The position numbers and the translations under genes are program-made. A stretch of DNA of 64,000 nucleotides, taken from NCBI GenBank assembly GCA_002633005.1, contig NMRA01000129.1, positions 686,570 to 750,569 on the forward strand, given 5' to 3'. This DNA comes from Phoronis australis. Its lineage: Eukaryota > Animalia > Phoronida. Under the pieces are notes generated by a model. The model worked only from the letters and a program-made list of their open reading frames with translations, had not been told where the DNA came from and made no database searches. Position 1 is the stretch's first letter. Every line of letters starts with the position of its first letter. Of this stretch, positions 23,257 to 33,353 are shown one piece after another.

Positions 23257-23420
23257 ATAGATTATTACATGGCGATGTCGTTATCCCCCGTATTATAGAG
23301 CCCGAGTGGATTTTGGTGAATAATCGCCCCAGGGGCGTTAGCCCCGAGGTTGATAATTCTCCAAAATCCACTAGGACATTAGATAAGGGGCATAACGACT
23401 GAGAACATGTAATAATCTAT
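23257..23420. repeat. ~165-bp imperfect palindrome, likely the end of a non-autonomous element
   Basis: ATAGATTATTACATG / CATGTAATAATCTAT and AGTGGATTTTGG / CCAAAATCCACT around a central GGGGC-GTTA-GCCCC hairpin. Confidence 0.7.
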
Positions 23421-24224
23421 TTATACCACATACTGAACGAGAAACTTTGCAATGAATTGATCTACCTTTCTCGACTCGCCTCGGCCGGCTTTGTAACTCC
23501 TTTCGTTGTCAGAGGCCCGGGGTCGGAGGTCGTGACTTTTTGAAAAAAGCCGAGCTATTTTTGTCTAATAATGCTTTTACTCAAAACCAATTGAAACTTC
23601 AACCAAAACAGAAATAAAGTGAATCTATAAATTAAGGCTTAGCAACTATTATAGCTTACTACACATTTTATCATGCTTAGCTTCGATCGAGAAAATTATC
23701 GTCTGCTGAAGTTGGTTACCACTGGTAACTGAGTATAATGCTCAAGTCAAAGGATCACGACGAAACGATACCCGCATTCAAATTGGAGATCGGTGATTTA
23801 CAAGTGAGAGAACATGAGAGAAAAATTTTACTGAATTAAAATATCGTTTTTATGGAAATTATGTGTCTTATTTTTCATAGCGTATAAATGTCGATACAAT
23901 GCCCTTTGTTGAACATGCGATTGTTACGCATGCTCATTTAAGTATTCTATTTTCACGTTCGATGCGAGAAAAATGTATTCCGCTCGAAGAGAATAGTGTT
24001 CAGAAAACACATTTCCAGGGAGACACCACAGGTGCTCAGGAATAGAAATCTTGGATTTGTAACATAAATCTCGTATTCTCATAATAAATTTAGTAAACAC
24101 AAGCTCGGCATTATACTTATGGCGATCATTTGTGTTTTGATTGCCATTGTTGTCATAGTAACATAAACCTTTTGTTGTTACTTTCCGTTCTCAAACTCTT
24201 TATTTTAGTAAACGTAAGGGACGG

Positions 24225-24806
24225 CGGCAATCACAAGTGTGCATATTCTGTAAGCATGCTACTGTATAACTACGGGTTTGGAGAGGTAGGATATGGACCA
24301 GATGACGTAGATTTATTCCTTTCAGAATTTCGTCAGAGATTAATTGACTGTGACGTACAAAATTTGCACTCTGTAATTAATAATTCGACTAAAAATGAAT
24401 TCTATTGTACTTTCAAAACTGAAATACAGTGCGAAAAATACCTGTACGTTTTGGACACCTACCTAAGGATAATAATTGCTCGTTTTAGGTGTTCAATCCA
24501 CAAGCTTTACATTGAAACAGTGCTGCACGCAGGTCTAACCGAAGATGAGAGAATTTGTGAAATATGCAATACTGGTCAAATTGAAAACGAGATTCATTTT
24601 ATGTGTCACTGCCCTGTCCTTAGTGATGTGGGCTGAAAATTTCTGACGAAAATTGCAGATGATGCCATGATGTTTGTGAACTAAAAAACATGGCGATATA
24701 TATTTCAAGAGCAACAGTGGTAAGAGCTGAACTCTTATCATTGTAAAGTGGTACAAGGCCTGCAAAATAGGTACTGTAAATATTACTGATTCTGATTGTG
24801 ATTCTG
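24225..24806 (+). mobile_element. 3' fragment of a non-LTR retrotransposon (CR1/L2/Daphne-like)
   Basis: LYNYGFGEV..FRQRLID..EKYL..ARFRCS.H.L.IET..ERICEICNTGQIENEIHFMCHCP C-terminal domain; ends in a (GATTCT)-like tail at 24788-24806. Confidence 0.8.
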
Positions 24807-25518
24807 AACGCGCTCTTTGATACGCTTGCATTCGTTAGGACATTCTTACAGGACAACGATGTTTTTATCCAGGCTTCCGGGTTTACATATTCAGTACTTA
24901 GCGGCTTCTGAATGTTGAAAACAAAGAGAACCCAATAATGACACTAGATTGTTTACAGTAATATACCAATGAGAACAAATTTCAATAGCGGAATAAGCGG
25001 AAATATCCTGACTACAAAGGGTCGATCATGACCCGAGCTCCGTAGACGCAAGAAACTCTGAGCAAGGTCAGGCAAGTCTTTGCGAGATTTTGCATTTCAT
25101 GAGCGAACCACGTAACCACTCCAGCTTTTCTCGCAACTGAGAACGCAGCTCAGGTCTTTCCGGGTGTATATCCATAAAATCAATGAAATTGTTCAATGCA
25201 TTGTTCTTTTGAGGTGATCCTCGTCTCATTTAGTCCCAACTCAGATATGTAACCCTTAGCCGTTGTTTCAGATGTCATCTTGAGGTGTTAGTTACATCCG
25301 TTAGATAAAAACAATAGATGGAAATGGCATACTTCTGAGATGATTCTCGTCTCCTAGGATCGTGCTTATACATTTTAAACATCATTAATTTCATGAACGT
25401 AGTTTGTAAGCAATACATCAACTCGTTCGTTCATAGTATTGCTTTTTGTTCTAAAGTGCTCCTGTCGACTTTTTCGATCGTGGACATGACATGGTACATG
25501 ATGACTCTTGGACGAGCA

Positions 25519-25738
25519 ATGAGTTTCGTCGTTTTCTTTTACGTGTTGTTATTCTTTTATTTTGCTCCGCTCTCGTATTGTTATAGCACGGGCGCACCAA
25601 CCGAGGCTTGTGGGGATATGAAACCCGAGCACAACGATCGGTCACCTCGCCCTGATGACGGACCGTGGCGTGTTACGATAGTCAACGCTCAAACGAAGTT
25701 ACCTATAAACAGTTATACGCCCGGAGAAATTGTACATG
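25519..25738 (+). CDS. Reeler-mucin-SEA-EGF type I membrane protein, exon 1 of 3 (signal peptide + Reeler N-terminus)
   Basis: MSFVVFFYVLLFFYFAPLSYC-YSTGAPTEACGDMKPEH...SYTPGE matches the Reeler Y..GAP..AC..M.P.H motif; GTAAGG donor, phase 1. In-frame upstream ATGs exist, so the start is uncertain. Confidence 0.85.
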
Positions 25739-26206
25739 GTAAGGAACTTAACAAAAGTCCGACCCGAAATCAATTAAGTGGTTAACAGAGATGTTCCAAA
25801 TTTTCAGCTTGCAGAGGAACTGGTCCACCAGCGTTTCTTCTTGTCTTTCAAATATGTCGCTCAACTTTTCTCCATTCCTGTTGTCGCCCGTATCGTAAGT
25901 ACAACGCCTGCATGAACGATTTTGTATTAAATATATTTTTGAAATTCCGCACCTGAGAAATGGACATTTTTCACCTTTCCCTATGACCATTTTTCAAGAG
26001 AAGTGAATTCGATCCACTGTTGTCGCAGACCAATGAACGACAATTTTTGCATAAAATAAAGAAAAAAAATTAGTACAACCATGTGTCATGTTTTCAGTAA
26101 TCCTCAACCTCCTAAAAAGACAACCTCTTGTTAGTGACTAATGGCCGTCCACAAGTGTACGAAACACCCAGCTCCCTTTTAAGCCGAATTTGATTTTGTT
26201 TTTCAG

Positions 26207-26438
26207 TCTTTATAAAATCAATTAACAATTGGAGGTTCAAAGGTATAATGATGAGGGTGGAGGCAGAGGACGGAACATCTGTGAGTGGATCGTGGGAGAA
26301 TCTCACCCGCCATTTTAAAACCATGACGTGCACTTCACAAGGCGACACGTTAACTCACGTGTCTAGCAACTACCGGACGAACCGCGAGGAGTTCCTGTGG
26401 AGAGTACCAAAAGATTTTGATGGAAAACTGAGATTCAA
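26207..26438 (+). CDS. Reeler-mucin-SEA-EGF protein, exon 2 of 3 (Reeler core)
   Basis: TTTCAG acceptor; FKGIMMRVE..GSW..C...DTLTH..FLWRVP...LRF; GTAATG donor, phase 2. Confidence 0.87.
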
Positions 26439-27233
26439 GTAATGCTTTTGTCGCCATTGTGTAATCTATAGAGTTTGAATGCATTATTCGCAGTTTCTTA
26501 ATTCAGTTTCGAAGTGGACCGATCTTAGCAAATTTACCAAACGAAAAACCAGAACCCACTTCAAAGTGGATAATCTAGACCACACATAAGTGCTGAATAA
26601 CTACTGATCAGATTTCTCATTATAACTTTGTAACAAGTCTCCTTCTCGTAATTGTACTCGAAATTAACCTTGTGCTGGCTCAGACCATGCAGTCAGACTT
26701 TGTGACCGCCGCAATTAATAACCCAGGTTTAGGACCACGAATCAAAGAAAAATGATGTTATCGTGCTTTGCTGTCCTGAAGCACAGGCGAACGTTTTTAT
26801 GTTGTTATCTGGTAAGTGTTGACAAGCAACTAGTATTCGAGATTCCCTAATACATGGCTTTACGATAATATTCATTTAACGTTTCACATCGGCCGGTAAC
26901 TGCGATAGTTCTTCACTAAATCCGAGGGCAGTTATAGCTACATGCAACACACGAAATGTTTTAGACGTTTTCCAACGTTTATCAAAGACGCTTTTGTTCG
27001 AGTTATATTTACTTGATAAGAACCTAACGGGCGTTATCAAATAGTAAGGCGACAAAAGATCAGCGCTGACGCATCAACCTTCGACAGGTCACTGATTAAT
27101 ATACTTACTCTGATCGGTTTATGACTCTATTAACCTCATTTTGATCCTCTTGACTTCTTGGTTGTATTAGATATGAATTATTAAAGTTTTCAGTTACTTA
27201 ACGTATATAAGTGAAAATATTCATTTGTTTCAG

Positions 27234-28920
27234 GGTATCCTTGGTTTTGAGTAGAAGTTATTTCTACGTAGGGATCAAGTCACCTATTATAATTAACTCG
27301 CCCCCAACTACTACTGTAACCACAACCGCAGCTACAACAACAACAATGATGACGACGACACAAGCTCCCACAATGAAGGCGACCACAACCATCGAACAAC
27401 CAACGACGTCAACCACTACTTTGCCACCAACAACAACGAGGATCACGACTCGGCAAGCATCGACAACAACTACAGTGCCGTCGACGACATCCAAGACCAC
27501 GACTCAGCAACCATCCACAACAACTACAGTGCCGTCGACGACAACCAGGGCCACGACTCAGCAACCATCCACAACAACTACAGTGCTGTTGACGACAACC
27601 TCGTTCGCTACTCGGCAACTATCGACATCTCTTGCAGTGCCGTCGACGACAAGAGCAACTATACAAATCACGAAATCTCCCACAACGATAGAAACAGCAA
27701 CGGACACGCGTTCCACAGCAACAGCAGCGTCTTCACTAACGGAAACGAAAAAAATAACGACAATACATTCGACAACGAGCAAAAAGACTGCCACAACGAC
27801 TACAACAACAACAAAAACAAAAACAAAAACGACCACACCTCCTCAATCTACCACATTTCCGAAGCCTAAAGTAACGGCAAAGAGAACTACAACGAAACGA
27901 ACAGCTCCACCAAATGTATCTCATCCACGGACCACAGCTGTACCAGAAAACCAAGATAGTTCTGCAACTACAGTCGTCATATTACAGCCGAAAAAGAGTC
28001 ACGATTATAAAGTATCTGTAGCTTTGGAGTTAAACGTACAGCACAATGCCAGTTTTTCAGATAAAAACAGTAGTCTGTTTAAGACTCTCGAAAGTTTCGT
28101 TTGTCGTGAGTTCGCAAAAACGTTGCAAAGGCATAAAAAGGAAATTGATAGTTGCGAAATGATGGACTTTTTTCAAAACAAAATAGCAATGTTTCATTTG
28201 GGATTTAAACAAGACATATCTTACAGGCGTCCTGCAGAGATGTTCAAACAAATTAGAGCAGAAATGAGCAACTATTTGAACAGTAACAAGGCTAATCTCT
28301 CGGCGAAGCTTGTGTCCATTACAGACGTAGATGAGTGCAAAACGCCGGCTACTAACAAATGCTCACAATATGCTAAATGTATTAATTTGAAAGGAACGTA
28401 TAAATGTGAATGTTTAACAGACTACCATAGTCATTGGAAATACGTGACTGGTAGAGTTTGTCTGCAAATGTGCAACAAGACGAATCCATGTAAAAATGGC
28501 GCAGAGTGCGAGACTCAAAACGAGGGCTCGGTTAAGTGTATTTGTGCGCAGGGATTCGCAGGAGAATCTTGCGAAACCAAAAGCGGTCTGACTGTAGCCG
28601 AGATCGCTGCTATCATAGTGGTGATGATCTTGGTGCTTGTTATCGTTCCAACCGTTGTCGTATGCATCTTGTTATATCGAGAGCGCAAACGGAAGAAGTT
28701 GTTGGCGGTAAAACAGAGTGAGAAGTTTGACGATTATTTTCCACCGAGTTACGCTGAAACGTACTTACGCCTTGCTTCTACCTTTCCAAAGATGGTTTCT
28801 TCAGATGAAATGAGCACTTTTCCACGTCAAAGTAAAAGAAACAGCGAAGAGTCGTTTTCATTCACTCTGCCACGACCTCAAGTAAAAGAAGATGGAGCTT
28901 CAGGAAATCGTGACGTGTGA
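27234..28920 (+). CDS. Reeler-mucin-SEA-EGF protein, exon 3 of 3 (Reeler end, Thr-rich stalk, SEA-like, Ca-binding EGF, EGF, TM, cytoplasmic tail); whole CDS 712 aa
   Basis: TTTCAG acceptor in compatible phase; ~220 aa Thr/Ser/Pro-rich; FSDKNSSLFKTLES SEA-like start; DVDEC..C..AKCINLKGTYKCEC; NPCKNGAEC..CICAQGFAGESC; hydrophobic TM followed by RERKRKK. Confidence 0.9.
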
Positions 28921-29495
28921 AACGTGCACTTAACCAAGATTCTGTCATGCGCACAGTGTTTGAAAATGAAAGGCAAGCGTTGAGGTTCTGCGAAGTACAC
29001 TACCAACAATTTAAAAGCAAACTGAGAAATGGTTTAGATGCAGTTTGCCTAATTAATATTGTATGCAAGTGCATTCAGCAGTCGATATTTAAAAGTAAAC
29101 ATGTGTACAGAATCCAATGGACCTACCTATAACCTGGGGCTGCGTTTTGGAAACTCGGGATACTCGCGAAGCATTTGCGACGAGAGAGAACCCTTAAATT
29201 GTATCCAATAATTCAACATACCTAGCTCACCGACCAATCTATTGATTGGCTGCCGTTTTTCTAGGATGCGCAAGGTCCCATGCCCTACTCGCGAAACAAT
29301 CACTTGATTTCGCATATTTTTTATCTTGATTGTCGCGAGCTTTTTAATCTTACGGAACGCATCCAGGCCTGCGCGATGTCCATATTCACTATTTCTAGGC
29401 AAAGTTTGTATTTATATATTCATTCATTGTACTTAAAATAGTAAATATGTATCATGATCTCTCTCTGACGCCCTTCGTTTAAACATGAAGTTCTA

Positions 29496-29654
29496 GCCCG
29501 GACGTGCGTTCAGTAGACGCTAGGACCTACGCTAGGACCTAACTAAAATCCAGTCAAAGTCACGTGTTCTCATTTAAAATACATGGCAATGTCTCACGTA
29601 ATCTTGTGAAGTCTTGCTTTTTAGCGAGGTCCTAGCGTTACTGAGCGGGAGGCT
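29496..29654. mobile_element. Small decayed MITE
   Basis: TCAGTAGACGCTAGGACCT mirrored by AGGTCCTAGCGTTACTGA. Confidence 0.45.
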
Positions 29655-30059
29655 GGAATGCCAACTTCAATCTCTCGCTGGTGAGCTTTCGCCGCGCATG
29701 CGTGGCATTTGTTTGCAATGGTTCGTTTGTTCCGGTGTTGGTTCTTGCAATGCAATTTGCTGACACTGAAACTTTTCGCAACTCCACCAACTTTCAACCG
29801 AATTGCATAAAAGTAATTTCATTAAAAAGCTCTTCACCTATTTTTAATGGTGTGTGGTTATATCAGAAGCACATGATAAATAATTTAATTCATTAACAAT
29901 TATCATTTTGCATTCCAGAAAGGTTTAAAAATGCCAAGAATAGCAGGGTGTAACAGTAACGTAACAAGGAAATGAACCAGAGACTATAACTGACAAGTTA
30001 AAACAGCAGGAAACAAATTCAATGATTCAAAAGAATTTTATCCTATCACGATAATGAAT

Positions 30060-30320
30060 ATAGAATATGCAACCCTCTAAGTTGCTGTGAAGAATTTAGT
30101 CAAGTATTCATCCAAAATTATGCATGTGGTTTATATATTATTTGGACCTTTGGTGGTGTTTGATACAGTTACAGTTTGATACAGTTACACTCCTCAGTAA
30201 AAACTCAAGATGCAGTAACATTTTTAAAATATAATTAACTAATTACTTCAAGTACCAATCTGAAATTTGCAGATAAAGGCTGCCTGATAGATAAAAATGA
30301 GCAAACTACTGTGTAGCTTC
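30060..30320 (+). repeat. Dispersed repeat with an inverted copy at ~52060-52310
   Basis: GTTGCTGTG..AATTTAGTCA..ATTCATCCA..TTGGACCTTTGGTG..TTTGATACAGTTA occurs in reverse complement at 52196-52290. Confidence 0.6.
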
Positions 30321-31224
30321 AAAATGTACTGTGTACAGATCGTTCCAGCTTCCTCGTAACCATAAAATCATCCTATACAGATCAAGATGCAGATTATTCC
30401 TAAACAACGACAAATTTAGACGTAAATTGCTTCACCACTGTGTTCCTGTAGAGACACTCAGACATACGTGCATATTTTACTTGCTTGTATGGTATGCGTG
30501 GAGCAGAGGGCACTGCTTTTCCAGAGACTCGAACAATATCCCAGTATTTACAAAAAATATTCAGATCTTCAACAAATGCTAAATAAATATTTTTTCTAAA
30601 TTGTTGTAAACGACTTGACTTGAATGAAAATAAGGTTTTATTCGAAATAGTTTCAAAATTTCTTTCTCTTTGTGCCAGAATTGATAACACCGTATACATC
30701 AGTGTGCTTATTTTCAAATCGTCACCTTGATTGTAATATCACTTATTGCGTATGGAAATAATTTATCTACATTCGTAATCATATTTATATTTAATGCATA
30801 TCATTGTAATTTCAATATTATTTTACCAATTTATGTATGTGTGTGTAATTGTAAATAGATTTCTTTGTGCTGTGCGGGTCTCGCAAACAGGAGTCAGGAG
30901 TTCACACCACTGAGCTACACTGTGTCCTCAGTGTAGAATGGGAAATTTCAGGTGCCGTAAAATTCATCAAACGTCACGTTTTTTCTTCGTCAAACGAGAA
31001 AATAGGGCTATATCGCGTGGGAAATTACAATAGTATATGATAATTTGTCGATTTCGCCGTGTGTCAAAACACAGGGCATCTTGATGGTGTGTAGGGATGG
31101 CGGGTATCAGATTACATCATTTATAGGTAAATTTTCTTTTTCATAAATTTCACTTCACGGGTACAGGTAAATACTACAGGTAAACATCACACAAAATAAA
31201 TATTACAGAAACAATTGAAGAGTA

Positions 31225-31570
31225 ATAATTATTAACTGCAGAACAAATACACAGAAACCAAATGTCACTTCATGATTTTACGTGACTCCCAAAAATGTCT
31301 TCTTGAAAAACTCCAAGCATGTAGTTTGATAGTTCTTCGGAAGTGGTTTTAAGACTGGAGCTGAAAAGACATCAGAGACCAGACTATTCCTAGCATCCAG
31401 TCAGAGCTAAAGGTCAGTGCGATGACCAATTCAATTGTTGGGTTCGTTGATTAATTTTGCCAGGAGGTCGCTGATTGTCTGGAAGGGTGCCTCACGAGTC
31501 TCATTGGGTTAACAAAAATGACAAAATGCAAACGCAGCAATGAAGTTGGGCTTGGTTTGATAACTACAAT
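31225..31570 (+). repeat. Old dispersed repeat similar to window positions ~1-330
   Basis: TGCAGAACAAA..CAGAA.CCAAATG..CTT, TTGAAAAACT..AGCATGT and GCATCCAG motifs shared in the same order. Confidence 0.5.
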
Positions 31571-32708
31571 ACACGATCAAAACTCAACCGGGCAGACAGC
31601 GAGAAATTTACAGAGGAAACTCTCGCGGCTAGTCTCGGGATCACATGCTCTAATACTAAAATAAACAATGAGATAACTATCTGATTGAGGATACATAAGA
31701 TACGAGCGGGAGTTGGAATTCTATGGTTTAAGAACGTGGCTACAGGATCACAAATGTGCGGGACAATTTGGACGACCAATGGGTTATGATCTAGTATTTT
31801 CCGTCCGTTTTCAAATAGAAGTTTTGGGATGTGACATTTTAAAGTAGTATAGTAGGTTGCGCGACGGTTAGGGTGATTTGTCGAAACAGTTAACTACATG
31901 TACATTTCAATTTAACCAAACACATAAATTCACAGTTGGGATGCTTTTCACAATGAGACAGGCCCTTTGTCGCAAACAATTTTATTTTGGTCAATGACTT
32001 CAGTTTTGATCGGCTGCTCTACATTATCGTTTTGTTAGAATTTAAATGCAATACGAGTTATTCAAGTCAAAATAAGGCGTGACTGACATCCACTCTGCCC
32101 GCAGTTGGCTCGAGCAATCACAGTGCTTCAATGAAAATATTCATGCGACAATGCCGCGGTTCGCAGTCCTATAATTACCCTTATAACGGACTATATTTTA
32201 GTTCGGAATTAAATAAGAGAAATGGTACTAGCAAAATCAGATTTAATCCCAACTTATATCAAACAAAGCTACATCAATTTGGCAACACAATTTTCTATGT
32301 TGAACAGATTTAAGTATAAAATGTTATGCTTTTTAAGTTTATTTAATATTTTTTTTGGTTATGTACTAACAAAACGTGCAGTGCAACAGTGACACTGAAC
32401 TTTCATTTTTATGAACTTAAAAAAATTGATAGTAGAATCGCAAATATGCACAGGATTATATTTTAAAAAGTGTTCCTGCTTTATTAGCACCTTTGAATTG
32501 ATGGCACACATTCTTTGATCTATAAACTGATAAATGCAATTTTTGTCTTAGTGGCCCACAATAATGGCCGTGTTAACCGCGATTGTTTACGACACTGTTC
32601 CGTAATACACAAAATACGTAATTTCGCTTGGGAACACACTACCTTGCCTTAGATGTCTCAGTGAGAAGTCGACGGGGTTCCATCAATCAAAGCGATAAAT
32701 GAACGAAC

Positions 32709-33353
32709 ATGCCAAAATCAACTCCTGCAAAAGTCCAGCTTAGTCTACCTGCGGGGGTAATCAGGGCCATTGGGGCATCCTCGAACAACAAAAGGGCGAA
32801 ATCATTTAATGCGAAACTACAAAATGCACACGATGCGGAACAAGAAAAAATTAAAAGGATTTGGATCAAAAAGCACAAAATGGAAAAGAGGAAACTACGT
32901 CAAACGTTGAATCAAGACATGAAAAATATCAAACAAGTACGAACACAAGTCAAGCACTTGCCGCGAACTTTACATGATGACGATACAAAGAGTTCCACCC
33001 AACATCAAAAAACGGCAAAGTTGACTATGAATTCGCCTGCTTTAATACATAAGAGGCCATTGTTTCCAACTCTTCAACTCAAGGAATCGCAAAGGTATAA
33101 CGAGTGGAATTCATGGAGCAAAACAAGCCAAACAGGCGAGCGACATCTGTCATCTACTAACGTGCGGACAAGTATGCCGTATTGCAGGGAGGCGGTGGCT
33201 GACAAGGGAATGAAGCAATATTTGGAGATGATCACCCACACTCAAAGAGGGCGTCTAATGAGTTCATCAGAACTCGGAAGACTGGGTCAAGGAGTGAAAG
33301 GAAAGTTTGAGAAAATACGACATAACACCTGGCCCTTACTTAAACACGACTAA
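32709..33353 (+). CDS. Uncharacterised basic 214-aa protein, single exon, N-terminal coiled-coil-like segment
   Basis: Uninterrupted 645-bp ORF in AT-rich DNA, AACATG start context, AATAAA at 33413; no domain recognised. Confidence 0.5.
   Translation: MPKSTPAKVQLSLPAGVIRAIGASSNNKRAKSFNAKLQNAHDAEQEKIKRIWIKKHKMEKRKLRQTLNQDMKNIKQVRTQVKHLPRTLHDDDTKSSTQHQKTAKLTMNSPALIHKRPLFPTLQLKESQRYNEWNSWSKTSQTGERHLSSTNVRTSMPYCREAVADKGMKQYLEMITHTQRGRLMSSSELGRLGQGVKGKFEKIRHNTWPLLKHD

Noticed and set aside
27264-27954. Val-rich and Cys-rich minus-strand ORFs
   Set aside because: Antisense shadows of the Thr-rich mucin exon.
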